Assembly (NCBI GenBank): GCA_900544625.1
Contig: UQVR01000003.1
Span: forward strand, 1-63,770
DNA from: an uncultured Mycoplasmatota bacterium
GTDB taxonomy: Bacteria; Bacillota_I; Bacilli_A; RF39; UBA660
Direction: 5' to 3'
DNA length: 63,770 nucleotides
This document shows positions 9,172 to 18,006 of the stretch, one piece after another. A model generated the notes under the pieces. That model was not told the origin of the DNA, made no database searches, and saw only the letters and a list, made by a program, of their open reading frames with translations. How positions within the stretch are numbered: position 1 is the first letter of the stretch; each line of letters begins with the position of its first letter. A program made the position numbers and the translations under genes.

Positions 9172-10923
9172 ATGAAAAAAATAATAACATTAATTATTTT
9201 TATAGTGTCCTTTTTTTACATAAGTAATGTAAATGCAAGTTCTTATACACACAGAATAAAGATCTTAAATAATCAAACAAATCTAAGAAAAGACCCTGGA
9301 GGAACTGATGGAACAAGAATTGGTTTGCTTTACAGAAATGATTATTATGTTTTAAAAGATGATAAAATGTATGATGATATTAACAATCATAAAAGATGTA
9401 ATGGTGGTTGGTATCATATGACATATTATACTAATGTTGATGGCTATGTATGTAGTGATGATGTTGAACTTGTAATATCCTATAGTACTGATACAGAAAA
9501 ACCCACAACAGAATGTGAAAAAACTCTAAGTGAAGCTGGATTTCCTTCGAGTTACTGGGGAGGAATATGTAGTTTGAAAGAAAAAAATCCATCATGGACA
9601 TTTCAACCTGTTAAAATAGAATTAAATTGGGATAGTGTAGTAGAAAAAGAAAGTGAATGTGGAAAGAACTTTATTTCTAAAACAATATATGATGATGAAT
9701 TTTTTGATGATACATGTAACAAAACATCACCTGGAGGTTATGTAGCACCTTCCAAGATTGCTATAGCTTATTATATGGATCCAAGAAATGCATTTACTGA
9801 AAAATATGTTTTTCAATTTTTAGATCAATCATATGATGGAAATTTAAAAGATAATTACCCAAAAGCTGTTGAAACAATTCTTACCGGTACAGCATTTAAT
9901 GAATATCATACAAGTATAGGAAATAGTTTGAAAGACTTAATTATTGCAGGAAGTATTGATAAAGCAAGTCCAATATCAATAGCATCTAAAATGCGAGTTG
10001 AACTAGGTGTAGGCACAAGTCTTGAAAATTTATATAAAGGAATATACGGCGAATTAGAAAATCTTTATTATGGTTATTTTAACTTCTTTAATTTTGGTGT
10101 AACAGATGCATGTGTAGCCAAAAAAGGAACAACTTATTGTGGATTGAATTATGCTTATAAGTCTGGTTGGAAAGGTGTAGATGTTGCCATTAATGGAGGG
10201 ATAGAACAATTTTCAAAAGGTTATATTCAAAAAGGACAATACACTGGATATTTTCAAAAATTTGATGTTAATAAACTTGAAAATATTGCATCACACCAAT
10301 ATATGACAAATGTTTCTGGTGCAATGAGCGAATCAAGTACAGCATTTAGTGCCTATGAAAAAAATAATTTGTTAGACTTAAATTTAATATTTAAGGTTCC
10401 CGTATTTAATAATATGAACGCCACAATTACTAATAGTGGTAGTGGTGCAGTAGATAATCCCGAAGATAATGATTCTAAACCAAGTACAATACCAATAAGT
10501 ACGATTGTTACATCAAGTGGTTATAGATATACATCAAAATATATCTCAAATATAGCGGTTGGTACAGAAATAAAGGATGTAAAAAGTGATTTAGAATCAG
10601 TTGCAGGTAATGCTACAGTAAATATATCTGATAAAGATGGAAATTATGTAACAAGTGGAGTTATGAAAACTGGATATAAAGTATCAATAAATAATCAAAG
10701 TTCTACCGAAGTACTTGAAGTAATTATAAAAGGTGATACATCAGGTGATGGCGAAATAAATGCCCTAGATTTACTACAAGTTGTAAAATATATTTCTGGT
10801 TCATATACTTTAGAAGGAGCTTATAAAGAAGCTGCAGATACATCAGGTGATAATGAAATAAATGCCTTAGATGTTTTACAAATAGTAAAAAATATTTCTG
10901 GATCATACCAAATAATTCAATAA
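9172..10923 (+). CDS. secreted peptidoglycan hydrolase-like protein: signal peptide + SH3b-like + glucosaminidase-like region + type I dockerin
   Basis: Signal 'FFYISNVNASS'; 'GFPSSYWGGICSLKEKNPSWTFQPVKIELNWDSVV' and 'YYMDPRNAFTEKYVFQFLD' resemble the N-terminal part of GH73-type glucosaminidases; the C-terminus is a duplicated Ca-binding dockerin repeat. Confidence 0.65.
   Translation: MKKIITLIIFIVSFFYISNVNASSYTHRIKILNNQTNLRKDPGGTDGTRIGLLYRNDYYVLKDDKMYDDINNHKRCNGGWYHMTYYTNVDGYVCSDDVELVISYSTDTEKPTTECEKTLSEAGFPSSYWGGICSLKEKNPSWTFQPVKIELNWDSVVEKESECGKNFISKTIYDDEFFDDTCNKTSPGGYVAPSKIAIAYYMDPRNAFTEKYVFQFLDQSYDGNLKDNYPKAVETILTGTAFNEYHTSIGNSLKDLIIAGSIDKASPISIASKMRVELGVGTSLENLYKGIYGELENLYYGYFNFFNFGVTDACVAKKGTTYCGLNYAYKSGWKGVDVAINGGIEQFSKGYIQKGQYTGYFQKFDVNKLENIASHQYMTNVSGAMSESSTAFSAYEKNNLLDLNLIFKVPVFNNMNATITNSGSGAVDNPEDNDSKPSTIPISTIVTSSGYRYTSKYISNIAVGTEIKDVKSDLESVAGNATVNISDKDGNYVTSGVMKTGYKVSINNQSSTEVLEVIIKGDTSGDGEINALDLLQVVKYISGSYTLEGAYKEAADTSGDNEINALDVLQIVKNISGSYQIIQ
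10732..10920 (+). other. type I dockerin module (two EF-hand-like repeats) inside CDS 9172-10923
   Basis: 'GDTSGDGEINALDLLQVVKYISG' and 'ADTSGDNEINALDVLQIVKNISG'; the DNA repeat 'gatacatcaggtgat...gaaataaatgcc' occurs twice. Confidence 0.8.
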
Positions 10924-10936
10924 AGGAGAGATTTAA

Positions 10937-12298
10937 GTGAAAAGAATAAAAAAATTTTTTATGGCAATGTTAATTGGTTTATTATTTCCATGTATAGTTA
11001 ATGCTGCAAGTGGAAGTATAAATATTGCATCTTCATCAACTGTGGTCGTAGGAAATAAAGTTACAGTAACAGTTACAATTTCCAGCGGAACTAAAATGGG
11101 AAGTTGGCAAATGTCATTAAATTATGATAAAAGTTATCTACAATTAACAAATAGTACAGCTAGAGATGGTGGAACTTTTATGATTGATTATGCTGAAGAT
11201 CCTGGAGTTTTGAAAAAAACTTACACGTTTACATTTAAAACATTAAAAAGTGGAACAACAAAGTTATCTGTTGATGGATATAGAGCATATGTATCAAGTG
11301 ACTTAAGTGCTTTAAGCCTATCCGCAAATACCAAACAAATAAGAATAATAACCCAGGCTGAATTAGAAGCAAGTTATTCCAAAAATAATAATTTAAGTGC
11401 CCTAGAAGTTGAAGGATTTACTTTAACTCCAGAATTTAAAACAGATATATTAGAATATTCTGTAGTGGTACCAGAAAATACTAAAGAAGTAAATATTAAA
11501 GCAACTGTGCAAGATAAAAGAGCATCAGTAAATGGAATTGGAACACAAGCAGTTAATCCTGGTGCTAATAAATTTTCCGTTGTTGTTAGAGCTCAAAGTG
11601 GAGCAGAAAAAACATATGTAATTAATGTTGAAGTAAAAGATGAAAATCCTATAAATGTAACAGTAAATGGTAAAAATTATACTGTAGTAAAAATTAAAGA
11701 AAATCTACCAGCTGCAAGTCTTTATACAGAAACCACAATAAATATAAATGGTTTTGAAATACCTGCTTATAAAAATGATAATACTAATTTAGTATTGGTG
11801 GGATTAAAAGATGAAGAAGGAAATATTTCATTATATATATATAATAAAGATAAAAATGAATACCAAGAATATAATGAAATTGGTGTTAATAAAATAACTA
11901 TTTATCCATTAACATCAACCGAAGAAATTAAAGGTTACAAAAAAGATACAATAACAATTAATGGTGTAAAAGTAGATGGATACTATTATACTAAAGATTC
12001 TGATTATGTAATTATTTATGGCATCAATGTAGAAACTGGTGATAAAGGATTCTACATGTATGATAAAAAAATGCAATCTTTAATAAAATATAATGATGAA
12101 TATATAATAGATTTAAGTAAAAAAATAGGACTATATTCATATATAATTATTGGTTTTAGTGGAGTATTTATTCTAATGATTATTATCATGATTGCATTAG
12201 CAAAAAAGAAATCTGGAAAGAAAAAGAACCAAAAACCAATTGAAAAAGAAATAAAGAAAAATGTCGACGAAAAAAATGTAATTGAAGAAATTAACTAA
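10937..12298 (+). CDS. membrane-anchored protein with cohesin-like domain + cadherin-like beta-sandwich domain + C-terminal TM and basic tail
   Basis: GTG start with AAGGAGAG RBS; signal 'CIVNAASG'; 'INIASSSTVVVGNKVTVTVTISSGTKMGSWQMSLNYDKSYLQL' is cohesin-like; 'LSALEVEGFTLTPEFKTDILEYSVVVPENTKEVNIKA...KTYVINVEV' is cadherin-like; TM 'LYSYIIIGFSGVFILMIIIMIAL'. Confidence 0.6.
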   Translation: MKRIKKFFMAMLIGLLFPCIVNAASGSINIASSSTVVVGNKVTVTVTISSGTKMGSWQMSLNYDKSYLQLTNSTARDGGTFMIDYAEDPGVLKKTYTFTFKTLKSGTTKLSVDGYRAYVSSDLSALSLSANTKQIRIITQAELEASYSKNNNLSALEVEGFTLTPEFKTDILEYSVVVPENTKEVNIKATVQDKRASVNGIGTQAVNPGANKFSVVVRAQSGAEKTYVINVEVKDENPINVTVNGKNYTVVKIKENLPAASLYTETTININGFEIPAYKNDNTNLVLVGLKDEEGNISLYIYNKDKNEYQEYNEIGVNKITIYPLTSTEEIKGYKKDTITINGVKVDGYYYTKDSDYVIIYGINVETGDKGFYMYDKKMQSLIKYNDEYIIDLSKKIGLYSYIIIGFSGVFILMIIIMIALAKKKSGKKKNQKPIEKEIKKNVDEKNVIEEIN

Positions 12299-12422
12299 AA
12301 ATACTTTGAACAAGTTGAAAAATATGGTATGCTAAAAATGGATAAAACAATGAAAGAAAAATTAGATTTGATAGTCAAAATCCAGATGAAAACATTACTG
12401 CTTCAGTTAAATTGTTATTTGA

Positions 12423-12453
12423 TTAACACTTGTTATAAGTGTTAATTTTTTTT
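12423..12453 (+). terminator. rho-independent terminator
   Basis: TTAACACTT (12423-12431) / AAGTGTTAA (12437-12445) + T8 (12446-12453). Confidence 0.75.
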
Positions 12454-12528
12454 GTACAATAAGTGTAAACAATATATATATTTTAAGAATGCCGTGTTAT
12501 AATAGATTTTAGAATTAGCGGAGGTACT

Positions 12529-13257
12529 ATGCAAGAAATATATATAAATTTAGATGATTCAGGAAAATTAACTAAAAAAGAGCTAATAAGTGTTTACGGA
12601 GGTATTGTATTTTTGTCTAAGAAAGAAAAAGATAAATTTATAACAAAATACCGAAGCATTATAAATGATATAAAATGTAAATATTGTAAAAATAAAAGTA
12701 CTTGTAATAAAAAATGTCCGGAAATAAAAAACACTAATATAAAAAATAGTGATAAAAGAAGAATTATGAACTACATAAAAAAATATTTTGTTGTGGGACT
12801 AATTATAAACAATCAAAATGTTTATGATCATATTATTGAAAATAAAGCCGCTAAAGGAAGATTTATAGATTACTCATTAAGAAGAATGATAAAAGAAATA
12901 ATAAACAATCAAATAAGTAATCATAATATTTCTGAAAATAAACCCTTAAAAGTAGTGGTAAATATTGATGAACAAACTACAAAAAGTAATGGTTATTATA
13001 ATTTACATGACGGATTAGTTGAAGAACTAAAATATGGTATAAGTAATTTTAATTATGCATGTATATATAATCCGATAGTATTTAATGATTTAGATATTAA
13101 AATTTCTTATCAAGATTCTGGTAAAAGTTATTTAGTTCAAGCAGCAGACCTAATATCAGGAACTATTCGAAGAGGTGCATTAAATGCCCTAACTAATAAT
13201 GAAAATATTAACTATGCTTTAGATAATTTTATCAATTATAAAATTATTCTTCCATGA
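12529..13257 (+). CDS. DUF3800-like protein with Cys-rich insertion
   Basis: 'IYINLDDSGKL' N-terminus and 'LVQAADLISGTIRR' C-terminal motif resemble DUF3800; 'CKYCKNKSTCNKKCPE' insertion; GGAGG RBS. Confidence 0.5.
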   Translation: MQEIYINLDDSGKLTKKELISVYGGIVFLSKKEKDKFITKYRSIINDIKCKYCKNKSTCNKKCPEIKNTNIKNSDKRRIMNYIKKYFVVGLIINNQNVYDHIIENKAAKGRFIDYSLRRMIKEIINNQISNHNISENKPLKVVVNIDEQTTKSNGYYNLHDGLVEELKYGISNFNYACIYNPIVFNDLDIKISYQDSGKSYLVQAADLISGTIRRGALNALTNNENINYALDNFINYKIILP

Positions 13258-13368
13258 AAAAAAGCTACTTAAAGTAGCTTAATCCCAGTTAGCATGGCGT
13301 ACATAAAAGCACGCTTAATTATAAATAATCAAAATCTAACTATCGACCTGACAAGATTTCTCTCCGGT
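13256..13368 (-). ncRNA. candidate small RNA (~110 nt), unclassified
   Basis: Bounded by a minus-strand promoter (13375-13403) and a strong minus-strand terminator: AAGCTACTT/AAGTAGCTT hairpin at 13262-13280 followed by T7 (complement of A-run 13257-13263). No ORF longer than 18 codons; internal hairpins AAATCT/AGATTT and GCGT/ACGC. Confidence 0.35.
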
Positions 13369-13374
13369 AATTTA

Positions 13375-13403
13375 ATACTACACTAAATGAAAACATTTGT
13401 CAA
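13375..13403 (-). promoter_or_regulatory. sigma-A-type promoter (minus strand) of the candidate sRNA
   Basis: Minus strand reads TTGACA (13403-13398) - 17 nt - TAGTAT (13380-13375). Confidence 0.4.
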
Positions 13404-13536
13404 TAATTATGGCTAATATTATTAAATGAACTTTATGGATTTACAATAATTATTTATCTTTTGCTATTATCACACATATATTTCTTTTATTTTTATCAAA
13501 ATTAGGTTATAATAATTGTACGAGGAGTAAAGTTAT

Positions 13537-14583
13537 ATGAATTTAGTAGTAAATAATCATAATGTTTTTTTAATAGTTTTTGTAACTTTTTTAGTTAGTG
13601 TATTATTAGTTCCTATAGTAAAAAAAGTTGCTAAACACATTGGAGCAATGGATGTTCCAAATGCCAGAAAAGTTCATAAGGTTCCAATGCCAAGACTTGG
13701 GGGATTAGCAATCTATATTGCCTTTTTATTCGGTTATATTTTATATGGTCAAATAAGCACGCAAATGATATCAATTTTAATAGGAAGCTTCCTTCTTATA
13801 ATCGTCGGAATTTTTGATGATATTAATTCAGTTCCAGCTAAATATAAATTTTTAGTTCAAATTGTTGCAGCAGCAATTGTTGTAATATATGGCAAATTAG
13901 GATTCTCTGAATTAACAGTATTTGGATTATCATTTCATTTTCCAATGATTATAAATGATATTTTAGCGATATTTTTTATAGTGGCAATTACAAATGCAAT
14001 AAACTTAATTGATGGTTTAGATGGTTTATCAAGTGGAATAAGTGCTATTTATTTTTTAACGATAGCCATAATAGCATTAATAACTAATAAAATAGGTGGA
14101 ATAGATATTATATTATCATTAATCATGCTTGGTGCAACATTAGGATTTTTATTTCATAATTTTCCACCAGCAAAAATATTTATGGGAGATACAGGTAGTT
14201 TATTTCTAGGTTTTATGATTTCTGTTATAGCCCTATTAGGTTATAAAGTTACAACATTTACATCATTAGTAGTTCCAATAGTAGTACTCGCTATACCGAT
14301 ATTTGATACGTTATTTGCTATTTTAAGAAGATTATTAAAAGGACAAAGTATTGCTGAAGCTGACAAAGAACATTTTCATCACCAATTATTAAAAATGAAA
14401 TATAGTACAGTGGCCAGTATATTAATTATTTATGCGATTGATATTACATTTGCAGCCGTATCAATACTTTATGTACTCGGAGATAATCAATTAGCAATAG
14501 CGATATATGTAGTACTAATGATTCTATTATTATTTGTAATACTTAGAACAGATATATTATTTGAGCACAAAAAGAAAAAATGA
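13537..14583 (+). CDS. tagO: UDP-GlcNAc:undecaprenyl-phosphate GlcNAc-1-phosphate transferase (TagO/WecA, MraY family)
   Basis: Polytopic membrane protein; 'PNARKVHKVPMPRLGG', 'NAINLIDGLDGL', 'FHNFPPAKIFMGDTGS'. Confidence 0.85.
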   Translation: MNLVVNNHNVFLIVFVTFLVSVLLVPIVKKVAKHIGAMDVPNARKVHKVPMPRLGGLAIYIAFLFGYILYGQISTQMISILIGSFLLIIVGIFDDINSVPAKYKFLVQIVAAAIVVIYGKLGFSELTVFGLSFHFPMIINDILAIFFIVAITNAINLIDGLDGLSSGISAIYFLTIAIIALITNKIGGIDIILSLIMLGATLGFLFHNFPPAKIFMGDTGSLFLGFMISVIALLGYKVTTFTSLVVPIVVLAIPIFDTLFAILRRLLKGQSIAEADKEHFHHQLLKMKYSTVASILIIYAIDITFAAVSILYVLGDNQLAIAIYVVLMILLLFVILRTDILFEHKKKK

Positions 14584-14600
14584 ATTTGTTCATTTTTTTT
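14575..14600 (+). terminator. rho-independent terminator overlapping the tagO stop
   Basis: AAATGAA (14578-14584) / TTCATTT (14589-14595) followed by a T-run. Confidence 0.55.
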
Positions 14601-14643
14601 CTTTTTTTATAACAATAATTCATTCTTTTAAAAATAAAATATG

Positions 14644-14672
14644 TTGACGTGTTCAAAAAAAAATGATAAAAT
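14644..14672 (+). promoter_or_regulatory. sigma-A-type promoter of the ABC/glycopolymer operon
   Basis: TTGACG (14644-14649) - 17 nt - TGa-TAAAAT (14667-14672); inverted repeat GTGTTCA (14649-14655) / TGAACAC (14680-14686) brackets the -10 and the start region. Confidence 0.6.
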
Positions 14673-14700
14673 CAAAATATGAACACTAAAGGAGGAAAAT

Positions 14701-15672
14701 ATGAAAAAAATTATTGTTCTAATTATGGGGTTATTTCTTTTAACAGGATGTGGTAGTAAAAAAGATAAGGTTATTATTTATAGTTGTACAGAGGAAAATG
14801 TAACACAAGCGTTAAATCAAAAATTTAAAGAAGATTTAAAAGATGTAGATGTTGTGATTCAAAATATTTCAACTGGTAATTTGGCAGCTAAAATTAAAAC
14901 GGAAGGCTCAAAAATTGAAGCTGATATTGTTCTAGATTTAGAAACATCACATGCAGAAAATTTAAAGGATAATTTTGCAGATATATCATCATATGATACA
15001 AGTGTGTATACAGATGGAACTAATAACTCTGATAAATATTTACTATGGACTAAATATAGTATTGGATTGATAGTCGACAATAAATATTTAAAAGAACATA
15101 AATTAGATGTTCCGAAGACATATGAAGATTTATTAGATAAAAAATATAAAGGTTTAATTGCTATGCCAGATCCAAAAACTTCTGGTACTGGTTATGCATT
15201 TTTCTTAAATGCTGTAAATGAAATGGGAGAAGACAAAGCTGTTGAATATTTCACAAAATTGAAAAAGAATATTAGGGAATTTACAGCATCAGGTTCTGGA
15301 CCCTCAAATTTACTTAAACAAGGTGAAATTGCTATTGCAATGGGAATGGTAAGTCAAGGTGTAACTGCAATAAATGATGGTTATGATTTTTCAATTGTTG
15401 AATTAAAAACTGGTATGCCTTATAATACTACATCATTTGCAATTATAAAGGGTAAAGAACAAAATGAAAGTGTAAAAAAAGTATATAAATACTTAATAGA
15501 AAAAGGCATTAAATTTAATTCTGAAAACTTTTTTCCAGAAGGCATAATAAAAGATGAAATTTCAAACTTTAAAAATTATCCAACTATTAAAAAAGTCGCT
15601 AATATGAAAAATTATGATAATATTAAAGTTAAAGAAGAATTAACAAAATTGTGGGGAAAAGTTAATGGATAA
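14701..15672 (+). CDS. ABC transporter substrate-binding lipoprotein (Fe3+/2-aminoethylphosphonate/thiamine-type class)
   Basis: Lipobox 'LLTGCGS'; 'MPDPKTSGTGYAFFL' typical of this SBP class; GGAGG RBS. Confidence 0.75.
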   Translation: MKKIIVLIMGLFLLTGCGSKKDKVIIYSCTEENVTQALNQKFKEDLKDVDVVIQNISTGNLAAKIKTEGSKIEADIVLDLETSHAENLKDNFADISSYDTSVYTDGTNNSDKYLLWTKYSIGLIVDNKYLKEHKLDVPKTYEDLLDKKYKGLIAMPDPKTSGTGYAFFLNAVNEMGEDKAVEYFTKLKKNIREFTASGSGPSNLLKQGEIAIAMGMVSQGVTAINDGYDFSIVELKTGMPYNTTSFAIIKGKEQNESVKKVYKYLIEKGIKFNSENFFPEGIIKDEISNFKNYPTIKKVANMKNYDNIKVKEELTKLWGKVNG

Positions 15673-16426
15673 TTTAAAAATTGAAAATTTAACAAAAATA
15701 TATGATGGGAAAACTGTTTTAAATAAAATTAGTTTTGAAGTAAAATCTGGAGAATTTTTATCAATACTTGGTCCGTCTGGATGCGGGAAAACTACTCTTT
15801 TAAAAATACTTATTGGAATTGAAAAAACAAACAGCGGAAGTATTTTTAAAGGTAAAGAAGACATAACAAAGGCTGATCCATCAAAAAGAGGAATGGGAAT
15901 AGTTTTTCAAAACTATTGCCTTTTTCCAAATATGACGGTTTTGCAAAATGTTATGTATGCTTTAAATATTAAAATAAAAAATAAAGATGAAGCAAGAAAA
16001 TTAAGCTTAGAAATGTTAGAATTAGTAAAAATGGAGGAACATAAAAATAAGTATCCGCATGAGTTATCTGGTGGGCAACAACAAAGAGTGGCAATTGCAA
16101 GAACACTTGTGTTAAAACCTGATATAATTTTATTTGATGAACCTATGTCTGCTTTAGATGCTGATAATAGATTAACATTAAGAAAAGAACTTAAAAATAT
16201 ACAGAGTAAATTTAAAACAACTATGATTTATATAACACACGATCAAGAAGAAGCTTTTTCTTTGTCTGATAGAGTTATGGTAATGAAAGATGGAAATATA
16301 GAACAAATTGATACACCAAATACAATATTTAATAAACCAGCCAATGAATATGTAAAAAAATTTGTTACCAATCATTTAATTGAAAAAGTAAGTTCAATTG
16401 AAAAATGTACAGGAATTGATTTATAA
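15665..16426 (+). CDS. ABC transporter ATP-binding protein (short, no C-terminal regulatory domain)
   Basis: Walker A 'GPSGCGKTT', signature 'LSGGQQQRV', Walker B 'IILFDEP'; 8-nt overlap with the SBP gene. Confidence 0.9.
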   Translation: MDNLKIENLTKIYDGKTVLNKISFEVKSGEFLSILGPSGCGKTTLLKILIGIEKTNSGSIFKGKEDITKADPSKRGMGIVFQNYCLFPNMTVLQNVMYALNIKIKNKDEARKLSLEMLELVKMEEHKNKYPHELSGGQQQRVAIARTLVLKPDIILFDEPMSALDADNRLTLRKELKNIQSKFKTTMIYITHDQEEAFSLSDRVMVMKDGNIEQIDTPNTIFNKPANEYVKKFVTNHLIEKVSSIEKCTGIDL

Positions 16427-18006
16427 TGAAAAAGATTAGTAAAGTTAATGTATTTGTGTTTATTTTTCTATTATTTTTTGTTTTTTATCCATTGGTTCAA
16501 ATGTTAGTGCAAGTTGATTGGGCTGATTTCAATGAAATAACTAATTCTTTGGCTTTTAAAGAAGCTTTAAATAATTCATTAATTGTTACAAGTATATCAA
16601 CGCTTATATCAATAATACTTGCATATATTTTAGCGTTTACAATTAATAGAACTCCGATTAAACATAGAGCTGTTCTTCAAATGTTAATTACTGTACCAAT
16701 GTTAATTCCATCGATTTCACATGGTCTTGGTTTGATTAATTTATTTGGAAATAATGGTATAATTTCTAAAATGTTTGATTTTAATATTATAGGTCCAACA
16801 GGAATAATAATTGGTTCTGTCCTTTATTCTTTTCCAGTAGCATTTTTAATGTTTTGTGATGGTTTTAATTATGTTGATAATAATCTTTATAATACAGCAA
16901 AAGTGCTAGGTTTAAATAAATGGCAAACATTTAAAAAAGTTACTTTGTGTTATATGAAAAAACCTTTAATATCTGCAGTATTTGCAGTTTTCACGATGAT
17001 TTTTACAGATTATGGTGTACCTTTAGCAGTAGGTGGCAAATTTTTAACTTTGCCTGTTTATCTTTATAAAGAAGTAATAGGACTTTTGAATTTTTCAAGT
17101 GGAACTATAATTGGTTTATTTTTACTTATACCTGCTTTTATATCTTTTATGTTTGATTATCTTTCTAAAGATTTTTCTAATGGAAATTATAATAAAGAAT
17201 TTAATTTTGAGAATAATAAAAAAAGAGATATTATTTTAACAATTTTTGTTTATTTGATTATTGGAATAATATTTTTAATAATAGGTTCATTTATTTATTT
17301 TGCCTTTATTGACAATCCTAGACTTAATCCAGTTTTTTCTTTAAAACATTTTGAATATGTACTTAATAATAATATATTAAAATTTATAATAAATTCATTA
17401 TTAATATCAATATTTACAGCTATAATTGGTACAATAATAACTTATTTTACAGCTTATTCCACTGCAAGAATTAATAATAAAATATCTAAAATTATTCATC
17501 TATTAGCTATTTCATCTTTGGCTATTCCTGGCATTGTCTTAGGTTTATCATATACCATAAGTTTTAGTGGAACATTCATTTATAATACATTTATTATTTT
17601 AATAATTGTTAATATTATCCATTTTATGGCAAGCCCATATTTAATGGCTTATAATGCATTAAAAAAAGTAGATTCAAATTATGAAGTTGTAGCAAAAACA
17701 TATAATATTAGTTCTTTTAAAATAATTAAAGATGTAATAATACCTTGTACAAAGAAAACTATTCGTGAAATGATTTGTTATTTCTTTGTTAACTCAATGA
17801 TAACAATATCTGCTGTAGCATTTTTATTTAATACGAGAACTATGCCGCTTTCCCTTTTAATTAATACATATGAAGGTAATATGTTATTAGGAGAAGCTGC
17901 AATTATATCAATAATTATACTTTTCTTTAACATAATTGCTAAAAGTGTGGTATACTTAATAAATAGAAAAGAGAATAGGAGTAGTAAAAATGCAATTAAC
18001 AATTAA
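16426..18006 (+). CDS. ABC transporter permease, fused two-domain type (526 aa)
   Basis: About 12 hydrophobic helices in two halves; start overlaps the ATPase stop by 1 nt. Confidence 0.8.
   Translation: MKKISKVNVFVFIFLLFFVFYPLVQMLVQVDWADFNEITNSLAFKEALNNSLIVTSISTLISIILAYILAFTINRTPIKHRAVLQMLITVPMLIPSISHGLGLINLFGNNGIISKMFDFNIIGPTGIIIGSVLYSFPVAFLMFCDGFNYVDNNLYNTAKVLGLNKWQTFKKVTLCYMKKPLISAVFAVFTMIFTDYGVPLAVGGKFLTLPVYLYKEVIGLLNFSSGTIIGLFLLIPAFISFMFDYLSKDFSNGNYNKEFNFENNKKRDIILTIFVYLIIGIIFLIIGSFIYFAFIDNPRLNPVFSLKHFEYVLNNNILKFIINSLLISIFTAIIGTIITYFTAYSTARINNKISKIIHLLAISSLAIPGIVLGLSYTISFSGTFIYNTFIILIIVNIIHFMASPYLMAYNALKKVDSNYEVVAKTYNISSFKIIKDVIIPCTKKTIREMICYFFVNSMITISAVAFLFNTRTMPLSLLINTYEGNMLLGEAAIISIIILFFNIIAKSVVYLINRKENRSSKNAINN

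Noticed and set aside
12338-12445. 35-codon ORF (MDKTMKEKLDLIVKIQMKTLLLQLNCYLINTCYKC) between the cohesin gene and the DUF3800 gene; it looked like a Cys-rich peptide
   Set aside because: There is no Shine-Dalgarno sequence. Its Cys-rich tail is encoded by the two arms of the 12423-12453 terminator hairpin, so the ORF is probably incidental 3'-UTR sequence.
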